Below, piece after piece: positions 1 to 9,273 of a stretch of DNA of 64,000 nucleotides (position 1 is its first letter; each line of letters opens with the position of its first letter). Source of the stretch: Caldisericota bacterium (GTDB lineage: Bacteria > Caldisericota > Caldisericia > JAAYUI01). The stretch lies in assembly GCA_029548865.1 (NCBI GenBank), contig JAKPMO010000002.1, positions 64,001-128,000 on the forward strand, given 5' to 3'. Below the pieces are notes generated by a model. It searched no databases. It saw only the letters and a program-made list of their open reading frames with translations, and had not been told where the DNA came from. A program made the translations under genes and the position numbers.

Positions 1-377
1 GCCACATAGAGGTTCTGGGTGCCGACATTGATTGTTGGGGATGAAACCGGGAAATTTGACATTTCTGTCGTCTCCCAGAGCTCTTCGCCGGTCGTCCTGT
101 CGATGCAGTGCACCTTGCGGTCGTTTGATGCGATATAGACCCTTGATCCGCAAGCAACAGGGGGTGTCGAGATATTGGCTATGCTCTGCCAATACCATGT
201 TTGCAGAAGGGCGGGTGCATTTATCTGGGTGCCCTGGTAGACGCCATCCCTGAAGTTGTTTCCTTTTCTTGTATCAAAACATCCGTCCGCGGCGATGGTA
301 CTCTGAATGGTTGCGGGGAACGGAACAAGTGGTGCCATTATGGCCACAGAAAGCAGCAAAACTAGGATCTTCTTCAT
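1..377 (-). CDS. Secreted PQQ-like beta-propeller repeat protein (5' part; runs off window start)
   Basis: Not in ORF track. ATG at 377 with AGGAGGAA SD. Manual translation MKKILVLLLSVAIMAPLVPFP...STPPVACGSRVYIASNDRKVHCIDRTTGEELWET gives a signal peptide plus a PQQ/BamB-type repeat. Confidence 0.8.
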   Translation of the reverse strand, partial: MKKILVLLLSVAIMAPLVPFPATIQSTIAADGCFDTRKGNNFRDGVYQGTQINAPALLQTWYWQSIANISTPPVACGSRVYIASNDRKVHCIDRTTGEELWETTEMSNFPVSSPTINVGTQNLYV

Positions 378-388
378 GCTTTCCTCCT

Positions 389-1885
389 TTATCTCTTCAC
401 GTATACTATCGTGACCCTGCGGTTTGCCGAGTCGTAGTCTATTGTCGCACCAAAAGATTCTGCAATGAACCTTATTGGAACCATTGTTCTTCCGGAAACA
501 ATTTGTGGTGGTACGTCAAGGAACATTGTTTTTCCATCAAGCGTGTAGTTCTTTTTGTTTATCCAGAGCCTCAGGTGGTGCTGTATCGGTGTCCCACCCT
601 CTTTGACTGTCCAGATAATGTCGACACGTTTTTCTGTTGACTCGTAAGTTGGGTTCATGCCGAAGGCCTCAGTGATGAATCTTAGTGGGACCAGAACACG
701 GCCTTTGATGTTTGTTGGTGGTGGGTCAATTATGACGACGCTTCCGTTGATTGTTCCCTGGCGCTGGCCTTCATTCATTATGATAGTAGTCTTCTTGATG
801 AGCGACACGGAATGTGTTTCCTGGACTATGTTGCCGGCCTTGTCGATTGCCGCAACATGAACGGTATTCGGGCCTTCCACGAGCCTGAGCTGGACACAGA
901 AGGTACCATCATTGTTTATTGGTACCCTTGCACCCTGCACGAGGAGCGAGATTCCGGTTTCCGGTTTTTCCGTTTTGCCGCAGAGATTGTATGTGATTTC
1001 TTCAACTTCTGGAGGTATTGGGGCAAGCTCAAGGATTGGCGGGGTCGAGTCATAATTTATTGTCACACATGCAGGTTGGGAGACGTTTCCAAACTCGTCC
1101 CTTGCCCTGACGCAGAAGGTGTTTTTGCCCTGGGCACCAAACGTGTAGGAATAGCAGGTCTTGTCCATCCAAGGTGTCCATTCGCCACCCCTGATCGGGT
1201 CTTCAAGCCTTACCGAGTACTGGATTTTGTCCTGAGGGGTGCTGTCATCTGTCGCCTGGTAGCAGAATTGTCCTATGACCTGGTTTGTTTCTAGAGGTGG
1301 GCTTTTGGTTATGGTCACGTTCGGGGCGATATTGTCTTTTGCACAGATATTTATTTTTGATTCTTCCAGTTTCACCGGGACTTTTTCGAGAGAGGTTTCG
1401 CCCTGTTTTGTCTGGAGGTTGATCAGATTGACTTCCTTGAAGCCGAGCGCGCACTCGCCAACCACTTTCACCTTTGCCGAGAAATACAAGACGAGACCCT
1501 CTCCAGCTATTGGCCCGTATGAATCGTTCTGGTCATTGAATCTGGTAATGCCAAATATCAGCTTGCCGACCTTTGGGTTTTGCGGGTCAGTGGTCACCTT
1601 GCTGGCAAAATATGTTGTGGCGCCATCTTGCCTGAAGAATTCGCCCTCAACCACCTTGTCAGGGTTGATCTCGAGATATTGGGTGTCAAAAAGTATTTGG
1701 GCACCGATCCCGTAGGCGAAGGGACATTCAGTTATCTTCACCTGCACGAGGATCTCAGAGCCTACTGTTACACACTCAAGCTGGGGTGATATCCACAGGG
1801 TCGCCATGTCCTGAGACGATGCTGTCCCATAGAATCCACCCAAAACAAGAAAAAACAGCAATGCAAACGTTGCCAGTTTTTTCAT
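389..1885 (-). CDS. Secreted cohesin + Ig-like domains + C-terminal copper amine oxidase-like (stalk) domain protein
   Basis: Signal peptide; cohesin-like VTVGSEILVQVKI..QILFDTQYLE..EGEFF..GEGLVLYFSAK; Ig repeats (ARDEFGN, AIDKAGN); stalk motifs GRVLVPLRFITEAFG and GRTMVPIRFIAESFGA. Confidence 0.85.
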   Translation of the reverse strand: MKKLATFALLFFLVLGGFYGTASSQDMATLWISPQLECVTVGSEILVQVKITECPFAYGIGAQILFDTQYLEINPDKVVEGEFFRQDGATTYFASKVTTDPQNPKVGKLIFGITRFNDQNDSYGPIAGEGLVLYFSAKVKVVGECALGFKEVNLINLQTKQGETSLEKVPVKLEESKINICAKDNIAPNVTITKSPPLETNQVIGQFCYQATDDSTPQDKIQYSVRLEDPIRGGEWTPWMDKTCYSYTFGAQGKNTFCVRARDEFGNVSQPACVTINYDSTPPILELAPIPPEVEEITYNLCGKTEKPETGISLLVQGARVPINNDGTFCVQLRLVEGPNTVHVAAIDKAGNIVQETHSVSLIKKTTIIMNEGQRQGTINGSVVIIDPPPTNIKGRVLVPLRFITEAFGMNPTYESTEKRVDIIWTVKEGGTPIQHHLRLWINKKNYTLDGKTMFLDVPPQIVSGRTMVPIRFIAESFGATIDYDSANRRVTIVYVKR

Positions 1886-2006
1886 AATTCCTCCTTCCCA
1901 AACACTTGGTTTTGAAAACCTATTACGGAAAGAAAAAATACATATTGGTTTATAAATACCACTCTTTTGCCGGTCAAACTTAAATACGTTTCATCAGATA
2001 TGCGGT

Positions 2007-3359
2007 TTAATACCATTTTGTCAGTAACGCCCCCTGATAGTAGTGGGATATAATCTGGGTATACGTTTTCCCGGATTGCGCCATGGCCTTGGCACCGTAC
2101 TGGGAGAGTCCGACGCCGTGGCCCCATCCTCTTCCGCAAAAAACAACAAATCCTGAAGCAAAAACCACATCAAACCAGGTACTGTTGAGTGAAAATGCCG
2201 ACCTTACGGTTCCACCTGAAACCTTGGCTTCACCTTTTGTACCGATGGCAGACCCTGCATAGGTCCTTCCGGAGACACCCAGTTTTGTTGGTTTCCAGTC
2301 GATTATTTCCCCTATGTCTGTTTTGACCAGCGGTTTGAATATCTCCTGGAACTCCTCCATGGGCACCGTCTTAAACCATGTGTGGCGCGGCGATTCCTCC
2401 TCGCCTGGCGAAGGGACACCTTTCAGATACGGGGTCGGGCTCGAAAAGACGTATTCGGAATTTTCCGTGTAACCGCCAGAGTTGGCAAAAAATACTGCAT
2501 CTATTGGTTTTCCCTGGTAGATGGCCACCATCCCCCTTGTTTCATCAATTGCTTTGTTTGATTGCGGTTGCTCACGATCCAGACCGCCGTACACCTGACA
2601 ACCGGTGTCTGCACAGATGTCGTAGGCGTAGTTTGTTGGCCTGTCGATGTAGCGTATTGCGTATGTTCTGGCCGCAACGGTCTGCGATTTGACCGCTTCA
2701 ATGTGCCATAGTGCCGGCATCTCTGCAGGAACAACACCCCTCAGGTAGTCTTCAAACGGAAGAGTGTTGACCATTACAAATTTTTCGTTCGAATAAAACA
2801 GCTCAAGTATTCCCCGGTACCTTCTGCTGTTGTATTTTGCGTATTGCCCCTCTTTTATTTCAATCGCAAATATTTTTGTGGCCTTTCCGGTCACGATAGG
2901 GTGCATGACGATGTTGTCGCCGATCTTTACTGTCAAACCAGCATGCGCAACGACCGCTGCTTTTGGGAGATCGGAGAGGAAAGATTTTATGGCGTTTTTT
3001 GCCTCGTCCTCTGTCGGGTATTCGCCAATCTCGAGTGAAAAAACACCCTTTTGCGAAACGATATTGTAGCTAGTACCAGCCGGGAACCTCGAAAGCAGTG
3101 TTTTGGCAAAGTTCTCAGCGTCCGTGCTGGTGTAGAAAGTGTCTATGAATACTGAATAAACTGCTTTTTCACCGTCCTGGACGAGGCATTTTGTTTCCTT
3201 CTGGAGAGTGCATGCTACCTTCCCGCTGGATGCTTCGACAACAGAGAACTGGTCTGTTCCGCCAATGGTGAATTCTTCGGCAATTGACCCCAGCCCAACC
3301 CTTATGGCTGGTTCTTTGCTTGCCGATATGGTGAAGGGGAGCGTTAGGCTAATAGCCAA
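2007..3359 (-). CDS. SpoIID/LytB domain protein with SPOR-like domain (lytic transglycosylase); start uncertain (TTG 3359 or ATG 3446)
   Basis: Motifs YLRGVVPAEMP, EAVKSQTVAARTYA, CQVYGG, GRGWGHGVGLSQYGA, HYYQG. The 5' extension to 3617 overlaps cvpA. Confidence 0.85.
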   Translation of the reverse strand: MAISLTLPFTISASKEPAIRVGLGSIAEEFTIGGTDQFSVVEASSGKVACTLQKETKCLVQDGEKAVYSVFIDTFYTSTDAENFAKTLLSRFPAGTSYNIVSQKGVFSLEIGEYPTEDEAKNAIKSFLSDLPKAAVVAHAGLTVKIGDNIVMHPIVTGKATKIFAIEIKEGQYAKYNSRRYRGILELFYSNEKFVMVNTLPFEDYLRGVVPAEMPALWHIEAVKSQTVAARTYAIRYIDRPTNYAYDICADTGCQVYGGLDREQPQSNKAIDETRGMVAIYQGKPIDAVFFANSGGYTENSEYVFSSPTPYLKGVPSPGEEESPRHTWFKTVPMEEFQEIFKPLVKTDIGEIIDWKPTKLGVSGRTYAGSAIGTKGEAKVSGGTVRSAFSLNSTWFDVVFASGFVVFCGRGWGHGVGLSQYGAKAMAQSGKTYTQIISHYYQGALLTKWY

Positions 3360-4047
3360 GCACAAGGCGAGTGATTGAGCCGTAAATTGTTTGAATTCCC
3401 AAGAAGTTGTTATAGACCAGACCTCCGAAGAATGATTGTGAAACATAAGTTCCCACAGGCGACTTGCCAGCAACGCCCATGGGGAAAAGTGCTGCAAAAA
3501 TGGCCAGGATGCCAAACCCGATAAAAAAGGCGAGAAGGGCATAGGTTGCTCCGCCAAGGAGGTTGTCGAAATCGTGGACAAAACCCTCCTGCGGAAGTGA
3601 GAGTTTGGTTCTTTCAACCAGCATCCTTGTAAAAAATCCGATTATCATGAGCAATAGCATGAATACTATCACTACGATTATCGTGTTTGCGACCCAGTAA
3701 GAGATGAGGTCGCCAGTTGTTGAAACCACATATCCCTGGTCAACAACCCTTCCCAGCATTCCCTTTGCCCATGGCGGAAGACCGCATTTAACCAGTGCAT
3801 CTGCAACAGTTGAACAGCCCTGAAGTGGTGTTCCCGGTATGGCAGGGGAGAGCAGTGATGCCAGCCACGAGACGACACCAAACAATGACTGGAGGAGATT
3901 CTTTACTGGAGCGGCCAGCAAAAATGCCGCAATCCACGCAATCAGTGTTGCAAGACTACCGAGGATTGCACCGGAAAATCTTATAATGAACCCCTTGACG
4001 GCCATGTACAGGACAAAAGCTAGGAAGATGTAATCAATCCAGTTCAA
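3349..4047 (-). CDS. cvpA: CvpA family (colicin V production) membrane protein
   Basis: MNWIDYI...KGF N-terminus, DNLLGG motif, several TM helices; ATGA overlap with the upstream peptidase. Confidence 0.75.
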   Translation of the reverse strand: MNWIDYIFLAFVLYMAVKGFIIRFSGAILGSLATLIAWIAAFLLAAPVKNLLQSLFGVVSWLASLLSPAIPGTPLQGCSTVADALVKCGLPPWAKGMLGRVVDQGYVVSTTGDLISYWVANTIIVVIVFMLLLMIIGFFTRMLVERTKLSLPQEGFVHDFDNLLGGATYALLAFFIGFGILAIFAALFPMGVAGKSPVGTYVSQSFFGGLVYNNFLGIQTIYGSITRLVLGY

Positions 4048-7004
4048 TCACCCCTCCAGACAATTGTTGCTCTTGAATCTCCAACGTCTCCGCCAAAAGC
4101 GGTTACCAACGCTCCAAGAGGAATCATTACCACATTGTCTTTTGCTTCAGGCGGATTGCAGAATGACGCTTTGCCATCCACTATAATAAATGGTTGTCCA
4201 ATCATCATCAGGACAGCCTTCTTATCGAGTGTAAAAGTCAGGTTCTGCCCTTTTTTGTCAAATGTGATCCCATCAGCAAGGAGGCCAAGTTTTGAAGCAT
4301 CAACCATTATCTCATTGTCGACAATTGTAAACGAAACATCAGGCATCTTTTTGCCGTTTAAGGTGATGCCGGTGTTGTCCCAGGAAATTTCTGCTTTTCT
4401 GAGAGACTGGAGGTTAATTGTAAGGACTGTTTTCAAGCCTGCTATGTTCAGGACAGTTATTGAAACAGAGTTGTCGCCCCTCTTGAGCGTGGTTTGGAAA
4501 CTAAAGCTGCCATCTTCCTTTATTTCCAATGGTTTCTCAGAGTTTAAAACAACCATCTCAAAGGCCTTTTCGCCAAGACCTTGGAAATCAAAGAGCGGGT
4601 CCTTGATTGAGCCAGAAAGGGTCACAGGTCCATCAAGATTGTAGAATTTCCCATTTGTTGCATTCAGCTGGATCAATGGGGCTTTTGTTGTGGCCATGAA
4701 TTCGATTGGCCCAAAGTGTTCCCAGTTTGCCTGTTCCTTTGGGTCTCTTCCGGTTACGAGGGTGTAGAGGTGTATCCTGTAAATTCCGTCCTGGATTTTC
4801 ATTCCTTCTATACTGCCGTCCCAGCCGAGGTCCCACATTCCACCACCCTGGGTCCCGTAGGAATAATCAAGGATGGTCAAAATTTTGTTGTTTGTATCAG
4901 TTAGATCCAGCTCGAAACCGTCCACCATTTTGTTCAGGGACACCGTTGCACTCAGATAATCACCCCTTCTGTCGCCATTGGGCGAGAAGGTCGGCAAAGG
5001 CATCTTTATGTCAGAAACCGTTGGGGGATCGGGTTTGTCTCCCGTGAAGTAGAGGTAGGCCACCCTGGCTTTTGAGTCGCCATAGTCGAAAACGAGATAA
5101 CCTGCGTGCGCCCCAGCCGTTGATGTGTCTGGCGCGATGTTGGTTGTGAAAAGCTTGGATTCGGACGCTTTGAGTGTGATTTCGCCAATTTTTGCTGATT
5201 GCCCGCCCTCTGGCTCGTTGGTCACTGTTACTTTGAGCGGGGCTTTTGTGATGTTTCTGATTGTTACCGATGCAGTGGAGTCAGATTTTATGTATCCAAG
5301 GTCAACTGATGTCGGGCGGAAGAGCGCCTTCGCGCCTATGGATGAAACAATGTCGATCCTTCCGGTGCCCTGTGAGAAGACCGGGTGCAAATTCCCTTCT
5401 TTGTCTTTTTGTGGAACAGCATAGTTTATTATTGCCGACCTCACATCAAACGGTGTCCATTCGGGATGGGCCTGGATGAGTATGGCGCATGCGCCGGAAA
5501 CCATTGGAGTGGCCATGCTTGTCCCGGACATTCTTACATAGCTGTTGCTGCCGACAGCCGAAAGGACGTTGACACCAGGTGCAGAAACATCAGGTTTTAG
5601 CCTGAAATCGTTTGTCGGGCCCTGTGAGGAAAAGCCAGCCATCAGGCCAAGCTTGCTCTTGACATCCAGGGTTGCGTTATTGCCGGTGGAGGCAAACCCA
5701 TTCAGCTTATCGCCTATATCGCTTGATATACCAACAACGGGGATATTAATGCCTGAAGAACCAAGTGTTCCCTGAACATCTCCCTCCTCATTGTTGAAAA
5801 TGACGCAGGCCAAAGCCCCTTTTGATTGTGCATTGGTCGCCTTGTCAAAAAATGTGTTGTCGCCCCTTTTGATGAGGGCAATTTTGCCAGTAAGATCAAT
5901 ATCTTTTACATCATCAGTCTTTCCAAGGCCGCAAAAAACCAGTGGGCCTGTGATTGGGTCATCTATGGGTTTTGAATAGGTGAGGTATTCTGGTAAACAA
6001 TCAACATTGCCAGCCACCAGGTGCGGGTATTGCGAATCATCAACAGCCCCGACGCATATTGCATTTTTTGCTCCGCCTGGTGAGATTATCTTGTATGGGA
6101 GCTCGTCTCTTGACAGGTCACCATCATTCCCGGCCGCGGCCACAACGACAACTCCATTTTCGACCACCCTGTCTATCAGCTTGCAAACGGGCTCATCGGC
6201 CCAAACATAGTTGCTTCCAAGGCTCAGGGATATGACCTTGCATCCGTCCTTGTAGGCCCTCTCTATTGCGGCTATTACCCTGTCGTTCCTTGCCCCGCCA
6301 CTTTTGCCAAAGACTTTGTAGGCGCCAAGTTTTGCATCGGGTGCTATTCCGCTTGGGGCTGGGTCTGAACTGGGAACTCCGGGGAGCCCTGAACCAGCGA
6401 CAATTCCTGCACAGTGTGTTCCATGCCAGCCAACATGTCCTGGTTCTGGCATTGGATCATCATCCATGTTTGCAAAATCGTAGCCAACACAAACTTTTGA
6501 GTCAGGGTTGAATCCCCCTGAAAGCGATGGGTGGTCGTAGCTTATGCCGGAATCGACAATGCCAACGAGCACATCCTTGCCGGTTAAAGGTTGTCCCTGA
6601 CCATCTTTTATGTCCCAGGCTTCCTTCGCCCTGGTACTTTCTACAGACTCAAAAAGTACTGGATAATAAAACTTTGTGAAATAGATGTGTTCCACATCGG
6701 GGAGCGATGCCAGGCCATTTATCTCGTCCTGTGCAACATTTACCGAAAAACCAGAGGAGAGAACCGAGTACTCAAAATTGACTGATGCTGTCGGAAAGTT
6801 ATTTTTTAATGCCTCAAGGAAACCCTTGTGCTGGCTGGCAGTCAATATTGAGCTTGTTTCACCCCGCCCCGTATAGTCGGTGAGCTCGACGATGCAGGTG
6901 ACTAAATTCTGTCTGGCCTGTGTTGGGAAAGGGGCTGAAAAATTCAGCGAAAAAAGAACCACAGCTATTAAAATGGTACATACGACGGGCACTATTCTCC
7001 TCAT
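4044..7004 (-). CDS. S8 subtilase (Vpr-like) with I9 propeptide, PA domain, FlgD-Ig and a degenerate C-terminal stalk domain
   Basis: Triad motifs VGIVDSG, HGTHCAG, SGTSMATP; PA motif GKIALIKRG; FSPNGD..WDG FlgD-Ig; C-terminal VMIPLGALVTAFGG. Confidence 0.92.
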   Translation of the reverse strand: MRRIVPVVCTILIAVVLFSLNFSAPFPTQARQNLVTCIVELTDYTGRGETSSILTASQHKGFLEALKNNFPTASVNFEYSVLSSGFSVNVAQDEINGLASLPDVEHIYFTKFYYPVLFESVESTRAKEAWDIKDGQGQPLTGKDVLVGIVDSGISYDHPSLSGGFNPDSKVCVGYDFANMDDDPMPEPGHVGWHGTHCAGIVAGSGLPGVPSSDPAPSGIAPDAKLGAYKVFGKSGGARNDRVIAAIERAYKDGCKVISLSLGSNYVWADEPVCKLIDRVVENGVVVVAAAGNDGDLSRDELPYKIISPGGAKNAICVGAVDDSQYPHLVAGNVDCLPEYLTYSKPIDDPITGPLVFCGLGKTDDVKDIDLTGKIALIKRGDNTFFDKATNAQSKGALACVIFNNEEGDVQGTLGSSGINIPVVGISSDIGDKLNGFASTGNNATLDVKSKLGLMAGFSSQGPTNDFRLKPDVSAPGVNVLSAVGSNSYVRMSGTSMATPMVSGACAILIQAHPEWTPFDVRSAIINYAVPQKDKEGNLHPVFSQGTGRIDIVSSIGAKALFRPTSVDLGYIKSDSTASVTIRNITKAPLKVTVTNEPEGGQSAKIGEITLKASESKLFTTNIAPDTSTAGAHAGYLVFDYGDSKARVAYLYFTGDKPDPPTVSDIKMPLPTFSPNGDRRGDYLSATVSLNKMVDGFELDLTDTNNKILTILDYSYGTQGGGMWDLGWDGSIEGMKIQDGIYRIHLYTLVTGRDPKEQANWEHFGPIEFMATTKAPLIQLNATNGKFYNLDGPVTLSGSIKDPLFDFQGLGEKAFEMVVLNSEKPLEIKEDGSFSFQTTLKRGDNSVSITVLNIAGLKTVLTINLQSLRKAEISWDNTGITLNGKKMPDVSFTIVDNEIMVDASKLGLLADGITFDKKGQNLTFTLDKKAVLMMIGQPFIIVDGKASFCNPPEAKDNVVMIPLGALVTAFGGDVGDSRATIVWRGD

Positions 7005-7012
7005 GATAAGCA

Positions 7013-7041
7013 ATCATATAACACTTTATCTGACAATTCAA
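7013..7041 (-). promoter_or_regulatory. sigma70-like promoter of the S8 peptidase (TTGAAT-N17-TATGAT)
   Basis: Consensus-like boxes with a 17-nt spacer; ATG at 7004 lies 8 nt after the -10. Confidence 0.55.
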
Positions 7042-7361
7042 GCCCGATGCTCATTGCGTCGATGTTGAAAAATATTTTTGCCAAAAAACTTAGCACTGAT
7101 GATGTTTTGTTTTATATGGCCCATATGTGGCTATATGTGCAATCTTATACAGCAGTTTTGACTTTGTGTTTCTAAATGAACTATATGATTACATTTGGTG
7201 TCTTTTATAGCAAATAGTTTACATTAGTTAACTTCCTGGTTGGAAAAAGAAAATAAATTATTGATTGCTGTGAATAAAAAACACAGCGTAAAAATTTCCC
7301 AATTATGACTTGTTTATGAAAATAATTTACATTAACCCTTTTCCTCAATATCATGGGTACA

Positions 7362-8909
7362 ATGAGAAAAATATCATTTGTTGTTTTTTGTCTGGCCGCC
7401 GTGATTTTGCTGGCAGGTTGTACAGCAAAAGTCGAGTCACCGCTCGCTTCAAAGCGTCCCCTTGAATTCTCCAATGTAAACGGGACTGCTTTTTCTTCAA
7501 AGATGATTGTTTCTTCGGGCCAGCTCCCATTGGCTTTTGAAATCAATTTCAGAAAAACTTCGGGCACACTAAAATACAGGATCGAAACTCCATCTGGAAA
7601 AACCATGCAAGAAGGTGTCCTCCTTTCAAACGCCGAATTCCAGAAAAACCAGAGTGAAATCGAGAGGGCAACCTGGGGCATCTTTACATTTGCCAAAACA
7701 TCTGAAGAACCAGGTATTTTTAAGGTCGAGGTGTTGGGTGAAAACGCTTCCGGCATTGTCCAGATAAACCCCAAATATGATACTGGGTTCACAAATTTTA
7801 CTGGAATAGCATCAGAAGCTATCCAGGAAGCAAAGGACCCCTCGCAAAAAATTAACTTCAGCTTCCACGGGGCCTATGAAAGCGGCACTCTTACCGCAAA
7901 GGTTTTTGCCCCAGACGGCAAACAGCTCTATACGGCCAGAATTTCATCGGGACAAAAACTTGACAACCCTGTCGTTTTCAGTCAGAAGGCTGGGCAGACA
8001 GGAACTTTCAGGGCAATAATCGAATCAGAGAAGACAACCGGTCAGGCTGTTGCCATAAGCTACACTGAGGAAGAAATCCCCTGGGTAGCTTCGCTAAGGC
8101 CAATACTTTTCCTTTTGCTTGCCATTGCTGCGATTGTGAGTGTTGGCAAGAAAAATATGCGTGTGATGGTTTGGGGCGCCATGATTTTCCTTGTTTCAAA
8201 CTTTGTGGGCCAGATCATTGGCGAGATTGCCAGGGGCAACATCGCAAAGTTTATAAACAGCCCATATAGTTATCTTGTTCCAACGCTCTCCGGCGTTGCC
8301 ATAATAGCAATCATTGTTGTAATAGGACTCTATTTCTCCAGGTCAATAGCCGAGATGAAGACGATAACCCCAAGAGAGCTGTATGGTTTTGCAGTGGGTT
8401 ACATAATGGTCGAGCCATTGCTGTCAGCGTACACTGGCTTCACAAGCCTTTTTGGAATTGGCTCCAGCAATGTTCCTGTCATGTATGGAGCACCACTGCC
8501 AGGTGTCTATCCTTCAACCTCGCTTGCCATCTATGATCTGACTGTTCCTTTTCTCCAGAGAGGGATGGGAATGGTGATAACACTTGCTCTTGTGATCTGG
8601 GTCCTCTGGTCTTTCAGAAGGCAGACGCACGAAGGAATGAAAACCTGGGCCGTTTTTACTCTGGCGATAGTTGCAAAGATTGTCCTGGATGTACTGATGT
8701 CCTACTTCAATGTTCTTCCAGTGCTTGGGGTCAGCCAGGCCAGCATGCTGGAACAGTTTCCGTTTGTTTCATCTGTTACCCAGGGTATTGTCATAACTTT
8801 AATCATTTTTGTAGGTTTTTTTGCCGTGCTGCTATACCGCCAAAAGCTGGCCAGGCTCTCCCAGGAGGCCTGCGCTGTGACCATTGACCAGCTCCGCGCG
8901 CAGAAATAG
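7362..8909 (+). CDS. Lipoprotein-signal membrane protein: beta-rich ectodomain + YhfC/PrsW-like multi-TM domain (apparently degenerate)
   Basis: Lipobox LAGC; C-terminal ~7-8 TM helices with WGAMIF, GFAVGYIMVE, LQR and AIVAKIVLD, resembling YhfC motifs. Confidence 0.6.
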   Translation: MRKISFVVFCLAAVILLAGCTAKVESPLASKRPLEFSNVNGTAFSSKMIVSSGQLPLAFEINFRKTSGTLKYRIETPSGKTMQEGVLLSNAEFQKNQSEIERATWGIFTFAKTSEEPGIFKVEVLGENASGIVQINPKYDTGFTNFTGIASEAIQEAKDPSQKINFSFHGAYESGTLTAKVFAPDGKQLYTARISSGQKLDNPVVFSQKAGQTGTFRAIIESEKTTGQAVAISYTEEEIPWVASLRPILFLLLAIAAIVSVGKKNMRVMVWGAMIFLVSNFVGQIIGEIARGNIAKFINSPYSYLVPTLSGVAIIAIIVVIGLYFSRSIAEMKTITPRELYGFAVGYIMVEPLLSAYTGFTSLFGIGSSNVPVMYGAPLPGVYPSTSLAIYDLTVPFLQRGMGMVITLALVIWVLWSFRRQTHEGMKTWAVFTLAIVAKIVLDVLMSYFNVLPVLGVSQASMLEQFPFVSSVTQGIVITLIIFVGFFAVLLYRQKLARLSQEACAVTIDQLRAQK

Positions 8910-8918
8910 GAGGACTAA

Positions 8919-9269
8919 ATGTACATTAACTGGTGGTTTTACTCTTTCTGGTTTATCGTGTGTTTTGCGTTTGCCATGTTCTTGCTCCCTTTGATAGTAA
9001 AAGCGTTTTCAGGCGAGAAAGTACCAACCCAGGCAAACCTTTATGCTGTTATTACAACGACATTGTTTACGTTGTTCATGTTTTCGTTGTTTGGACAGGG
9101 CTATCTCTGGATGGTTATTTTCAATGTTCTTCTCCTTGTCTTTTTCCAGTTCTGGTGGCCAATCCAGGGACAGAGCAAGTTTAAGGCTTGGGGCATTTAT
9201 GCCGCTACAAATTGTGTTTTTCAAATTTTTATATTTTGGCTTTTCATACTAGTAAAACTTGGAGCTTGA
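8919..9269 (+). CDS. Small hypothetical 4-TM membrane protein
   Basis: AGGAGG SD, hydrophobic helices, sits in operon between neighbours. Confidence 0.7.
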   Translation: MYINWWFYSFWFIVCFAFAMFLLPLIVKAFSGEKVPTQANLYAVITTTLFTLFMFSLFGQGYLWMVIFNVLLLVFFQFWWPIQGQSKFKAWGIYAATNCVFQIFIFWLFILVKLGA

Positions 9270-9273
9270 AAAA

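Noticed and set aside
2007..3359. SpoIID as evidence of sporulation
   Set aside because: SpoIID/LytB homologues with SPOR domains occur widely in non-sporulators, and no other spo genes are present.
7205..7792. 195-aa minus-strand ORF
   Set aside because: Mostly antisense to the lipoprotein-signal gene; no motifs.
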